A stretch of 64,000 nt of DNA from Candidatus Iainarchaeum sp. (GTDB lineage: Archaea > Iainarchaeota > Iainarchaeia > Iainarchaeales > JAAZKV01), in assembly GCA_026397015.1 (NCBI GenBank), contig JAPLVR010000003.1:64001-128000 (forward strand), written 5' to 3'. The position numbers and the translations under genes were made by a program. Positions 37,201 through 48,000 of the stretch are shown here, in pieces (position 1 is the stretch's first letter; every line of letters starts with the position of its first letter). The notes under the pieces were generated by a model. That model saw nothing but the letters and a program-made list of their open reading frames with translations, ran no database searches and had not been told where the DNA came from.

Positions 37201-40200
37201 ATTGTCGCACAAAAAGAACTTCTTGTAGAGCTCAGCAAGGACCAGGTAAATTTGGGGGAGGCTTTCACGGTAAGGGTCAGGGACACAAATTCTGGGCCGA
37301 TTGAAAACGCGCTGGTAAAAATAGTGGACAAAAAAGGTGAGGCAATAAAAAGCATTTCCGGAACTGGAAAAATAGACGAGGGGAAAAGTGGAAATTATAA
37401 GGTCGCAAATAATTTTGATGCCGGCCTTTACACTGTGCAGGTCAGCGCGCCGACTTATCCGACAAAAGAAGTTCCCTTACTTATTACCACAAAAAATATT
37501 TTGGATTTCCCCGATACAATAGAAGTCAAAATGCCTTTCAATCAAACGCAATCAGTTGTGAGCCCTCAACCGCAGTTACTAAACAATTCTGAGTTTCAGC
37601 TGCTTAACATCACTTATGAATTAAATGGAAACGACAAAAACAAGGACAATGAAATAAATAATTTCAAATTTACAATCGGCCTTCCGCCCGCATTGGGAAA
37701 GAACGGAAAAATAATGGTGCCGATAACTGTTAGTTACACCGGAAACGTTTCGGATTCGGCGGACGAAACCGCTACGCTCACAATAAAGGCGATGATTGAA
37801 GGAAAATTTTTGACGCAGATAAGTTCGAAAGTGCATGTTTCTTACAACAAAAAAATGGATGAAGCGTGTTTGAAGATAGAGCCTTCAAGCGTCACAATAA
37901 ATCTGATAGGAACCGCGGAATCAACGGATTCTGAAACGGTTGAAGTTACAAACGGATGCGAACAAACGCTGATGATGAAAAAAAGGGTAAAGGAAAACAC
38001 GACAAAATCTTACATAATAGTTGATTCCGAAGAGTTGAGCCTCGAAGTCGGCGAAACAAAAAATGTTACAGTTACTGCGAGAAACTTAATTGACAGAAAG
38101 TTCCAGCGCGACAACAGTTTCAGTTATGAAATAATTTGGGACGCAAATTATTTGACGAAAAGATTGCCTGTTACTGTAAAAACAATAAATCCGAGCATGG
38201 CGCTGAGTTATCCCGGCCAAATAACTTTGTGGCTGGCGCAAAACTCGCAGAATGCAAAGGCAACTGCTATGCAGCCAATCTTTGTGACGAATATTTCAAA
38301 CTTCCCCGTAGAGGGAATAACTTTCAGCGCCCAGCGCGATTATGGAAGCGGAACGAATGTGAGCTTAAGCATTGAGCCGCCCGGAACAATAACTCTTGAA
38401 AAAGGGCAATCCGCTGCAAAAAACGCCTTCGCGCAGGCGGCTTCGGTAATAACCGAGCCTGTGAGAGCTTCAATTCTGATAAGGGGAAGGATGGGAAACC
38501 TAGACAACAGGAGCGGCCAGAGAGACGGCTACGGGTATTATGAAAATTATTACAATGATTATTACAATCAGTACGAAAACTCCAGCGGCACAACGTTGAC
38601 AAATAACATAAACACTTACGCGCCGGCAACAAATGTTTACACAACGGGAATGGAAGACCTCGGAGTAATTGATGTGATGATTTATTACTCTGGTTTCAAT
38701 TGTTTCAAAGTTTCGCCGATAGATGATATGACATTCAATATTTCGAGCGCGGGCGCGCAGATAGCGAAAAGGGTTGCGATACAAAACGACTGTGCCGAAC
38801 CCGTTACGGTAACGGGCGTTGTTGCAAAAACGCCTGAAGTAATTCTTAGCATTTACCCCCAAGTAACTGTCGGAGTAAAACAGAGAGTAGAGGCAATGAT
38901 TACTGTTACGCCGAGAACGGCACTCGGAAGATTTGCCGATGCGATTGATGAAAGCAAACTCAATAATCCAAATGCAATTTTCTTTGCGGAAGATCCGTGT
39001 AAAGACGTGTTATGTGATGATGGCAACCCGTGCACGGAAGATACCTGCTCTAATGGAAACTGCTCGCATACAAAAAAAGCCGACGGCACTTCCTGCGGCG
39101 AGGGAAAAACATGCAAAAATGGTTCCTGTGTCACAGCAACGCCAGTTGCTCCGACAACTACCCCGCCGGTAACGACACCCACTACCACTCCTTCCACAAC
39201 AAAACCGTCAAGTGCAAGCATTTCGCCGGCATCAACAAGAATCCCAAATTATCCGATAGTAATAGTCGGAATAACTTCCATAAGTCAAACTCCTTTGGAA
39301 AGCAAGCCGATAACAATTTCTGTTTATTCCGACCAGGACGGCGCGGGACAATTCAGCAAAGTAAACAAGGGCGTAAAAATTTCTGTTTGCGGAAAAACGG
39401 AAAAGGAAAGCGTTGATTTCCCGAAAACGGGTTCGAACTGTGCGGAAAACTACTGCGACGGAAAAACAGCCGCAAAATATTTGGGGCAGAAATTGAACAC
39501 GATGATAAAAAATGCGGAATCCGCAGGATACTCAAAACAGAATCTTACCGAAAATTTCGGATGTGAAAATCAAGGGTATTGCACATTCGGCGCGCTCGGA
39601 ATAAAGAAAGAAACAATTCCGCTTTATCTGCAAAACGACAAGATAAGCGATGAATCATTAAGCGAAAGCCTGCAGGAGCAGAGCAGCGGCCAGACAACCG
39701 GATTCAGGGGGATAACGGGAATCGGAAATTATTTAATCGAGCCTTTTGAAGTTACGAATGAAACCATAAGCATGATTGCGCAGGCGGGATCATACCCGAG
39801 AAGAATTTTCCTTGACAATGCCCTGAAAGGATGCGGATTTTACAGAATAAGTATTGACGGGGCGTTCCCTGTTTCCGGCGGGCAAATAATGTTCACGGAA
39901 CCAGTCATTGTAATAAAGGCCGAGGACTTCGGCTCCGGCAAAAGAATTGACACAAAGGAATGCACCAGCAACATAATCAATATTTCAAACTTCAATCCTG
40001 TGGACGAGGGATACACTGCGGGAGATAGCAAGGGCACAATGCTTGCAACAGTTGGAGGAGGCTCGAAGCTTGATGAAATTGCAAAAAGGGTTGCGAAAGA
40101 AAGATACAAAGATGAAACAAGAAACAGTTCAACAGGGCCGGGAGCAAGAGTTGAAATAAAAGAGGGCCCAGTTGAAGAAGCGCTGGCACAGGTATGCATG

Positions 40201-43173
40201 GGCACCGGAGGAGACGCAAAAACAATCAATGTAACCGTGAGCACGGATATTGCAAAGCTTGCAAAATCTAAGGGAACGGATTCGGCAAACGCTTATGTGC
40301 AGGTTGCGAAAATGGTTTCCGATACGCTCGGAGGAAACTTCGGAGAAACAAACTGCGTCACAAAAGGAGCAACAGGATATGAATGCGTAAAGCTCACGGA
40401 TCCGAGCGGGCTCGGAACATTAAAGATGAACATTCCTGAAAAAACGATGAACCTTTCGCAGACCGAAGGATGCGTGCTTGGAAAAGTTGTTTCCGGGGTT
40501 GTGGAAAGCGTTGAGTTCGAAATTGAGCAGGGAAAAGAATTCAAGGGGATAACAAAAATAACAATAAGAGATTCAGCCAACAAAACTGTTTACAAAGAAG
40601 TTACTTACGATGGAACGGTGCTTAAAGATGAGAAGCCCGGAGTTCCGATGGTGCTTGAATACGGCAACAAAAAAGACGAACCTTACTCAAAAGAAATCTC
40701 AATTTGCGCCACGGCGGGAAGCGACAAGACTCCGGAAGGCAGCCCCGGTTACCTTGAAGCAAAGGGATCGAGTTTCGTTGTAACGGCGATAAATAAAAAT
40801 GCCGGCGGAGACAGGCACACGAATGCGGAAGACGGAACTGTCACGATAGGAATTGCGACACTGCACATTGATGACTTGGCGGACAAGCTTTACAATCAAA
40901 AAGATACTTTCAAAAACAAGGGCATGGACCACCCGTACTATTTCACAATACAATGGATGGGCGACCCCGAAGTTCTTAATTTCAAGGATTATTTAGAAGG
41001 GCTTGCCGCTTTGAAACAAATGCCTACTGCAGTAATAAAGAGCATGGATCAGGGATACGGATTAACAGAAGCAGGGGACGCACTTGTAAAAGCCGGCAAA
41101 AAAAGCGCAATCAATCAATACCTGATGGGGTGCGCTGGAACAACCATTGCATGCGACGCGTACACGGGCCCCTTTAACACCCTCATAGGTTTGCTAACTA
41201 ACTGCGGAATTCCTGCTGGAACAATGTTCAAACAGGATTTGGTTGAAAATTATGAATTTTTCAGAGGAGGGTACAATTGGCTTTCTAAAAATCTGCCATT
41301 CGGCGGCTCAATATTCGACCTCTCACCGAAGATGGACAGAACACAGCCGTCATGGTCGCCGATAAAATCTCCTGCAATAGGAGTTGGAGTCGCAAGCGCA
41401 GGAGCCGCAAGGGCTTTAAAAGTAGCATCGAGAATGTCAGGCGGGCTTAATCCCGGGCTTATAAATTCGATGAGCGACCTATTGAGTTCGCAATACAGAG
41501 AAGGCGCACAAAAATTACTCACGGGATCGGGACTTTCCGCGGCGGATGAAAAAGCAATATTGGACGGTTATGCTGCGGAACTAAAAAGTTCACTAAAAAC
41601 ACAATTGACTGCGGATTATACAGCCGCAAGAAACGCTGGCAGGGGAAAAGTGACAGGATTGATGTCAGATTTCGGCGTTGCAAAAGATGCCGAAGCCAAA
41701 CTAACTACCGCGTTGGGAAGTGCGAATGAGGCCGCAAACAAAAAGTTTGCTTCGCTTTTGAAACAAAAAATCGGAAGCGCAAACACCGTTGATGAGCTTT
41801 TGGCAAAATTCAGCAATGTGGAAGCAAAATCTGTTAAGGATGTAATAGAGTTGGCTGGAAAAAGCAATTTGGAAACACTTGTAAAAATGGGCGGCGACTT
41901 TGATGCAAGGGCGGAAATGCTTAGCAGCTGGAGCGCGACAGCAGATGTTTATGCGCCCGCCGACAGGTGGAATCCTGTTCCAGCATTGGTTACCTCAAGG
42001 GTTTCAAACGACGCGATAAAAAGAGAAATAGAAAGCATGGTAGATGAAATACTGGATAAAACAACTCTTTCTGCGGCAGACAAACTTACGAAGCGCGGAA
42101 ACATGTTAAGCCAATTAATCGGTGGAGGCACTCCCGCTGAAGTTGAGACGTTCAGAAGCACCATAACAAGTGCGAATAACGCAAAAAGCATAATCGGAAG
42201 AACTTTCAGGAACAACCTTGGAACCATAAAGGGAACGCTTGAACTCACCGAAGGGCAAGTTGACAACATGCTGAATACCGCTGCAAAAACTGCTTCAAAG
42301 AATGCCGGCACAGCCGCAGACACCATTGCCGCTTCAAAAAAACTTTCAAACGTGCTCAAAAGCAGCCTGAAGGGATTGGCAAGGGGAATCGGCTGCGGGA
42401 TAGCGGCAAACGCAGTCGGAATTTACATGTACAATCGTTCGCTCGGAGTTACCGGAAGCAGCATGGCGAAGGAAAGCCTTGAAACGAAGGATTTCCTTTT
42501 CATCAGGGGGCACACATACAAAATGATAATTGAGCCGGGAGAAGACAACAAAGGAACACTTACTAAATTTGAGGAAGTTACAGGCGATAAGTTCAACCAG
42601 ATGCTCCTTGATTTAAGACCTGACAGCAAAAATGAAAAGAAAGGAACGATACTCACTTCGACCCCTACAAAAGACGGAAGGTATCCGGAGCAGAGGCCGC
42701 CGAAATTATATTTAATTACGAGAAATCCTGTTCAGATGAAACAGGAACTGGTAAACGCAGGGTATAACAACGAAGAAATAAACACGAAACTTTCAAGAAT
42801 AGTGAGGCCCGAAATTCAGAACCTGATATTCAGGTATACTGCGGAAAATGATTTGAGAAAAAATCCGAACAAGCAGAGAGTAATTGTCGGTAGCCAGCCT
42901 GCAAATGAGGCGCTTGCAATAACAATAATAGAGGCGGGCTGGAGCGAATACACCGAAGAAAAAAGAAATGAGGAACTGAAAAACGGCGACGGCTGGCTGA
43001 AGAATAAGTTGACAATCGCGCTCGGGGAGATGCCAAACACGGGCGGAAAAATTACAAAAGAACTAGGAAGAAAAGTTTTCCCTAACAAGGACGACAAGTT
43101 CTACGAATTATTCGAGAAAGACGGAACTGCGTTTGGCAATGTCGGTGTTTGGAACGGGCACCTTGGAAATTAA
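34219..43173 (+). CDS. Giant membrane-anchored surface protein 1 (2984 aa) with carboxypeptidase-regulatory/Ig-like repeats
   Basis: Intact 9 kb ORF with an N-terminal motif plus TM helix and repeated V.D..G..I.GA.V....K.GY beta-sandwich units. Confidence 0.9.
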   Translation: MISEKLAGFYTRVEDKYFDFLDFLDAKGMPVYKYSDFFENKGIPSFIVTVAILVLLITLISVGLAMSVPATQQIVLMLRDAEGNPLQGVSVTVLNMSGETIAGPLEKNDGDTIEIPKLPQGTKVKLIASKDGYQIGDAEIALGTEIATGTLSLEPAFEGINAILNLVDAENGTNITGATAMATWNEMLFNFDTDNNGNYIKSGMPEGKTVTLTAEADGYDGLSTTTTFYDKSPRIFKMTPSSQGYDQKSNVIVTVKDSAGNTIDGAKVTLINKANEVILLEDYTKQGSVAGAIQTGIVLKIIVEKDGYLQYDSESEAKLITLREKERQIDVVLKQGGEKLNVLVTNKLGLALENTSVQLYDIQGNLIDAGKTTVSGIEFGGLDSNEMLIVTAHHEGYLAQRKKVNVASTEEVTFALEPVTGNNSAALDIFAVDEFAQVVNGANVAIYINEDGNMLPYGYSELVTPITGYVRATVESGKIYEVRAETAVLQGETSAQVPGKTPVKAYVIMKKKAQILEMIFEGPKGEKIYGTAEVNTIEGEPLYDGNISNSKIFFDAEGKEVVEVIVYLSDGNMFSENVNVKGKDTVTVVVYGGTVDALAPKIEFVGLEDEAGNEIGGITPGAFYWAKFSVTFPLGAEKGGVHFRIGNDAVKFAESGNGAIFELGMQGANTFYSTSYSPTPAPGNETIDRANAGDVGNANKWVEGTLGQPNGTYIAKVKIRVSDYTAGTIDLKYRAWGINQTSYYRNPEDISLGNNAFTDAKSGLYAEARVQQLKLYESLPECSGNICLALNFLDGDGKFYDTTAFQPIKGNVYALEAEVSVQEGETVEMTVSSPEKIKFTSVQKVAAGSSTGFSGSETGGTTSGFGGGNGTTTYGTGTGDSNTGISTGLVDRATASGVPEVFSQKKSKLSFAATDTNYFPTTLGSSSDIQGMVPRGAGTTGGLAGTKEMTTRVTIGPGGKQRIRFYFVGDDLGAAQINFKAVGSTQIEKAISFNIVAQKELLVELSKDQVNLGEAFTVRVRDTNSGPIENALVKIVDKKGEAIKSISGTGKIDEGKSGNYKVANNFDAGLYTVQVSAPTYPTKEVPLLITTKNILDFPDTIEVKMPFNQTQSVVSPQPQLLNNSEFQLLNITYELNGNDKNKDNEINNFKFTIGLPPALGKNGKIMVPITVSYTGNVSDSADETATLTIKAMIEGKFLTQISSKVHVSYNKKMDEACLKIEPSSVTINLIGTAESTDSETVEVTNGCEQTLMMKKRVKENTTKSYIIVDSEELSLEVGETKNVTVTARNLIDRKFQRDNSFSYEIIWDANYLTKRLPVTVKTINPSMALSYPGQITLWLAQNSQNAKATAMQPIFVTNISNFPVEGITFSAQRDYGSGTNVSLSIEPPGTITLEKGQSAAKNAFAQAASVITEPVRASILIRGRMGNLDNRSGQRDGYGYYENYYNDYYNQYENSSGTTLTNNINTYAPATNVYTTGMEDLGVIDVMIYYSGFNCFKVSPIDDMTFNISSAGAQIAKRVAIQNDCAEPVTVTGVVAKTPEVILSIYPQVTVGVKQRVEAMITVTPRTALGRFADAIDESKLNNPNAIFFAEDPCKDVLCDDGNPCTEDTCSNGNCSHTKKADGTSCGEGKTCKNGSCVTATPVAPTTTPPVTTPTTTPSTTKPSSASISPASTRIPNYPIVIVGITSISQTPLESKPITISVYSDQDGAGQFSKVNKGVKISVCGKTEKESVDFPKTGSNCAENYCDGKTAAKYLGQKLNTMIKNAESAGYSKQNLTENFGCENQGYCTFGALGIKKETIPLYLQNDKISDESLSESLQEQSSGQTTGFRGITGIGNYLIEPFEVTNETISMIAQAGSYPRRIFLDNALKGCGFYRISIDGAFPVSGGQIMFTEPVIVIKAEDFGSGKRIDTKECTSNIINISNFNPVDEGYTAGDSKGTMLATVGGGSKLDEIAKRVAKERYKDETRNSSTGPGARVEIKEGPVEEALAQVCMGTGGDAKTINVTVSTDIAKLAKSKGTDSANAYVQVAKMVSDTLGGNFGETNCVTKGATGYECVKLTDPSGLGTLKMNIPEKTMNLSQTEGCVLGKVVSGVVESVEFEIEQGKEFKGITKITIRDSANKTVYKEVTYDGTVLKDEKPGVPMVLEYGNKKDEPYSKEISICATAGSDKTPEGSPGYLEAKGSSFVVTAINKNAGGDRHTNAEDGTVTIGIATLHIDDLADKLYNQKDTFKNKGMDHPYYFTIQWMGDPEVLNFKDYLEGLAALKQMPTAVIKSMDQGYGLTEAGDALVKAGKKSAINQYLMGCAGTTIACDAYTGPFNTLIGLLTNCGIPAGTMFKQDLVENYEFFRGGYNWLSKNLPFGGSIFDLSPKMDRTQPSWSPIKSPAIGVGVASAGAARALKVASRMSGGLNPGLINSMSDLLSSQYREGAQKLLTGSGLSAADEKAILDGYAAELKSSLKTQLTADYTAARNAGRGKVTGLMSDFGVAKDAEAKLTTALGSANEAANKKFASLLKQKIGSANTVDELLAKFSNVEAKSVKDVIELAGKSNLETLVKMGGDFDARAEMLSSWSATADVYAPADRWNPVPALVTSRVSNDAIKREIESMVDEILDKTTLSAADKLTKRGNMLSQLIGGGTPAEVETFRSTITSANNAKSIIGRTFRNNLGTIKGTLELTEGQVDNMLNTAAKTASKNAGTAADTIAASKKLSNVLKSSLKGLARGIGCGIAANAVGIYMYNRSLGVTGSSMAKESLETKDFLFIRGHTYKMIIEPGEDNKGTLTKFEEVTGDKFNQMLLDLRPDSKNEKKGTILTSTPTKDGRYPEQRPPKLYLITRNPVQMKQELVNAGYNNEEINTKLSRIVRPEIQNLIFRYTAENDLRKNPNKQRVIVGSQPANEALAITIIEAGWSEYTEEKRNEELKNGDGWLKNKLTIALGEMPNTGGKITKELGRKVFPNKDDKFYELFEKDGTAFGNVGVWNGHLGN

Positions 43174-43286
43174 TCCGGCAACCAAATCAAATCCGCGCCA
43201 AATTTAGTTGCCATTAACATAACAGACATTTGCTGAATCAAATAGGTAAGCTTTTTAACAACTTAAAACATTTTCCTAATGATTTC

Positions 43287-44825
43287 ATGCTTTTCAGGGT
43301 TAATGGCAAAGGATTCAACCTTTTTTCCGCGCTTGTGGCGATGGTGCTGATAATAATAGGAGTCCTGCTTGTGAACATGATGGTTTTCAGGGAGGCGAAC
43401 ACGCGGACACAAATATATTCGATGAAAGAAAACTTCGGCTTGGCTGACGCGGCGAACATTGCGAGGGCGGATGCGATACAAAGCTTCAGCCATTATTTCA
43501 GAAGGGAATTGGAAATGTACCTGACGTCCGACGGATCAGAAAGCGCTTTTCAACCGCTGCTGAAAATAAGAAAAAATCCTGACGGCCAAATCGAAAACAA
43601 TTTTGAAAACTGGGGCGACGTGGTAAAAGAATTTGAAACGCAAATACTTCTCACTCCAAGCGGCTCCGCCAATAATGAAGAAAGATACAAGGCTGTTGCG
43701 AGGTTTGTTGCGCTAAACATAATAAACAAATTCGGAACAGGGCAGGAGGGAACATACGGAAGATACAGGGTAAGCCTCAGCGAACTCGGAACCCCTGCAC
43801 AAAAAAAAGTCGAAACCGCTTTTTCAAATGCGATTAAAAAAGTTTTGGACGACCCGACCCATAACATCCAAACATTTTTTGAAATTGTGGACTGCGACAA
43901 TACTGCGTGCCCGGTTGGAACTTTTTATTTCAATTTCCCGCTGGACCAGATGAGCACGGAAGATTACGAAAACCTTCCAAGAATAGTTGTGAGCGACACA
44001 CACACAGGCGAAAAAATACAAATTCCGCTTTTGCCGCAGGAAAAATTACGAATTTATATTCCGATAAGATTCCTAAAGGCCGCGTACGAGGCGAGAAGAG
44101 TCGCAATGGAATACAACGACCTTGGAATAGGGGACGAATTGAAAAGTTATCGCCTCGGCTTCTGCGAATACGGCGTATGCGGGCCAAGAAATAATCCTGC
44201 CACCCCTGCACCAGGGGATAGGGAAAATAGTTATTGCCCCGAAAGTGAAAATGATTCTCCTGCAAACAAGGAAAAACTTTTGGGCCCTGCGACACTTTTT
44301 AATCTTGATAAATATACTGTTGGAGGAGAAAAGCCCGGCGACTTGGAATTGGAAGCGTCGGCAATTGGCGAGCTGGCGAACAATTTTAGTGCGGACCCGG
44401 GCAGCCCGGGAAATCCCTGCAGCCCTTCCGGCGGCTGCGACTTTGTAAATGAAACAATTGAAAAAAATGATTTTTTTACTAATCCTGGAAACGGGCCCAT
44501 TGGAGTAGATGGATTCCCGTTTAAATACGTCAGCACGCCGAGAAAAACCTACATCACAAAAACAATTCAGGGAACGGGCTCGGATTATGATCCCGCAGCC
44601 GGAAAAAAATTGTATTGCACCCAGATAAATTCCGTTTCAATAAAAATGCTCTTCAGGGAAAAAAACAAAAATTACATTCTGAACGGAGAATCCGGCAACG
44701 GCGAAAATCTCTACGGAATAGAATTTACCGATGATACATTTGCGCAAGAACCCGATCGCACCGGAGAATTCTGCATAAACGACAAAACTGCAAATTCAGG
44801 CACTGGAAGATGCTATTCAGGATAG
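43287..44825 (+). CDS. Large pilin-like protein (class III-like signal peptide)
   Basis: ATG at 43287 follows AAGCTTTTTAAC; the N-terminus reads NGKG|FNLFSALVAMVLIIIGVLLV; the C-terminal part is Cys-rich. Confidence 0.72.
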   Translation: MLFRVNGKGFNLFSALVAMVLIIIGVLLVNMMVFREANTRTQIYSMKENFGLADAANIARADAIQSFSHYFRRELEMYLTSDGSESAFQPLLKIRKNPDGQIENNFENWGDVVKEFETQILLTPSGSANNEERYKAVARFVALNIINKFGTGQEGTYGRYRVSLSELGTPAQKKVETAFSNAIKKVLDDPTHNIQTFFEIVDCDNTACPVGTFYFNFPLDQMSTEDYENLPRIVVSDTHTGEKIQIPLLPQEKLRIYIPIRFLKAAYEARRVAMEYNDLGIGDELKSYRLGFCEYGVCGPRNNPATPAPGDRENSYCPESENDSPANKEKLLGPATLFNLDKYTVGGEKPGDLELEASAIGELANNFSADPGSPGNPCSPSGGCDFVNETIEKNDFFTNPGNGPIGVDGFPFKYVSTPRKTYITKTIQGTGSDYDPAAGKKLYCTQINSVSIKMLFREKNKNYILNGESGNGENLYGIEFTDDTFAQEPDRTGEFCINDKTANSGTGRCYSG

Positions 44826-45013
44826 TTTTCCAGAAAAGCTTACTTACTATATATTCTTACCATAGTATTAGCTACAGTTCATACCTTACATTGATTGAAA
44901 ACTTGGCAGCGAAAAAATAGCCGAAGAAAACGATTCCCATTAACAGTTAGATTAATATAGATTGGTGGAAGTAATATTATTTAGTTAACAAGTGGTTTGC
45001 TGATAGTGATTTG

Positions 45014-48000
45014 ATGGGTATAACCGATTCCTTGAAGGACGCTTATTTCAAAATAGAGGATAAGTGGTATAACTTTGTTGACCGCGTTTCGGAGATGCTG
45101 CCGATTTTTGGAAACGCCGTTGATGCCGTTGAAGAAAAAGGAATCCCGAGTTTGCCGCTTGCGATCGCAATAATTATTCTGCTTATTTTCGGAATTTATC
45201 TGGTCTTCATGATGGGGGCAAGCTCCACGCTCACAATCGTTGTAAAAGACGCGGGAGAAAATCCACTGGCGGATGCAGAGGTAACTGTGTTCTTGAATGG
45301 AATTGCGCAGAATCCGAGAAGCACCGACGCGGACGGAAGAGTCGCAATCTACCTCGCAAACGGGAATTACAAAATAAAAATCGGAAAAGAAAATTATTCC
45401 CCCCAGGATCTTGACATCACGGTAAATGGAAGCGAAGAGAAAAAAATAATTCTCCTGCCTGAAGACACTACAATAGCGAAAATGGTGAAACTGAAAACCG
45501 CCAATGGGGCGCTTATCCCAGGAAACGGAACAGTTGTTTATTCATGCGAAGAAACCGGCGAATCGGGAGTAACAACGTACGCGAACGGAGAGTTTAAGGC
45601 GGCATTCAAAAATCCGTGCCAAACAATAGTAACCGAATCCGTTTCAGGGTATGATGTAACGAGCGGAAGAATTTCTTTTTCTGGCGCTTATGATACTGTT
45701 GAATTGGAAGAAAAAATAGTCGGCACGGGAAAAGTAATTGTAAATTTGAGTTCAAACAGCGCCGATAATCCTGTTCATGCAGGAATAAAAGTCATGCTCA
45801 TAAGTATCGATTCTTCCGTTTTGCCGATAACGGAACCCACTCAAACGGAAACGGTTGAATTCCTGAATGTGCCGACGGGAAGCTACAAGGTAGTTGTTTC
45901 CGATCCCGAAGGAAAATTTGCAGAAGTTGATTCAAGCGCTCTTGAGCAGCCGAAAACTGTTTCAAAGGACGGCGTAACGACCTTCAATATTGCGCTGCAG
46001 AAAAGCGCCTCGGCTGAAATAAGGATAAGCATTCTCGACGCATCGACTTCCGTTCCGATAATGGGCGCAGAAGTAAGGCTGATAAAAGACAACACAACAT
46101 TAAACACGGAAATTACCGGCACAACAGGGCAGGTAACTTTCAAAATTGTTGAAGGGTCGGTATATTCTCTTCAAGTAGACCATCCTGATTATTTGCGCGC
46201 GGACGAATTATCAGTTTCATCCGCAAAACCCTCAATACAAATAAACTTAACGAGGGCAAATGAAACGAATGCGAGAACTCTTGCCGTCACAGTTGTTGAC
46301 CCTGACAATCTGGTGATTGAGGGGGTAAAAGTGTTCCTGAGAAAAACTGATGAAACACAAGTAGGGGAACCAAAAGTCACGGGCGCGGACGGAAAAGTCG
46401 AATTTTACAATCTTGATTTGGGGCAGACATATTATGTGTATGCAATAAAGGAAGGATTTGAGGGCGCGAACTCATCAACGATACAAATAACGCCGAGAGT
46501 GGAAAACAATTTGAAGGTTACGCTAAACATAGGCAAGGGAATAATCAATATTAGCGTAATGGATGCGGAGAAAGCCGCAGTAGTTGGAGCAACTGTAACG
46601 GCGATTGATTATTTTACAGGAAAGCAAATTGAAAAAGTCTCTCAGCAGGTAACGAGCGCAAGCGGAACGGCAAGCTTCGAAATAAGGGCGGATAAAAAAG
46701 TTTATTTCACTGTTGAAGCGACTGGATACATGAAACACTATACAAGCTCGGTATATCCGAATGTGGGAGCGCCGACTGAAAAAGAAGTTGTGCTTGTAAG
46801 GGAAACCGGCGCCCTGTCTGCGGAAATAATCGGGATTTACAGCGGAAGCCAGATAGTTTCCAGCACAGACAAAAGCATAGCTCAGGGAACTTATACAGTA
46901 AAAGCGGTTCTTGTTGTTCCAAAAGGAAGCTTTTCGGAAGCAGGATTGCATTTGAGAACGGGAAAAGCGGAAAATGGAAAAACAAATTTAATGGAAGAGG
47001 ACTCGATTTACCTCGGAAGAATCGCCAGCTCGGCAACAAAAACGGTTAGAGGAACAACATATACCCCTCCAAGCGGCTATGATGCCGACCAGAAAAATTT
47101 GACATCCGGAAACTCAAAGTGGGCAAACAGCGTTTGGAAAAATCCATCGGGCGGAGCTTACGAAGTTGAAGCCGAACTGGTTGTTACGGCGACCAACACC
47201 GGAATGGCATTGGATTTGTGGTACAGGGCATGGGCGAAAGGAAGCTCAATGCTAAGGTATCCTTCGGATGCGCCGCAGCAGGACCTTTACGCAAAAGCAA
47301 ACCGCTACGTTCTGAGTTCAGATGCGACAAATCTCTGCATAGCAAGCTTCTGCAGAAGCTATTACATTGAAACTTTGAGCGGCGGCGACAAGGGAAAGAA
47401 AAATTATATTACAAATACCTTCGAGGCAAAAAACGACACCAATTATGCGCTTATATTTACGCTGACAAACAACACCGGCAGGGCAATAGCAGATGCGCTG
47501 TTAAATATTGACGGCAAATCTCTTTCAATCGACGGCATCGAAGTTGACGGAAAAAAAGTCGAATCCCCTGTCAGCTTGGGGGCGCTCGGCAAAGACTCTT
47601 TCACAAGCGGAAGAATTCTTTTCAGCACCATAAAATCGGGCGTCGCGACAATAAGGCTGCTTGTTAACTCTTCAGCAAAAAATGAGTTCGATGAAACTGT
47701 TACGGTAAAGGTGCCCGCAAACAAAAAATTCTCCCTTTCAATAATTCCCGCCGAAATAATTCCATACCTGGACAACACAATGTTCTTCGAAGCAAAAGAC
47801 GACAATGCGATGCTTGACAATGCAGTAATAGAAATTTACTCCGGAAAAAGTTTGATTGGAACTGTTGAAACAAACGAGGAAGGAATCGCACAATACGAAT
47901 TGGAGGCGCCTTCGCCCGGAACAACAATAAAGGTCGTGGCGAAAAAAGAAGGATATGATAAAGTTGAAATTGAAAAGGAAGTGGACGAACAGATACTTAC

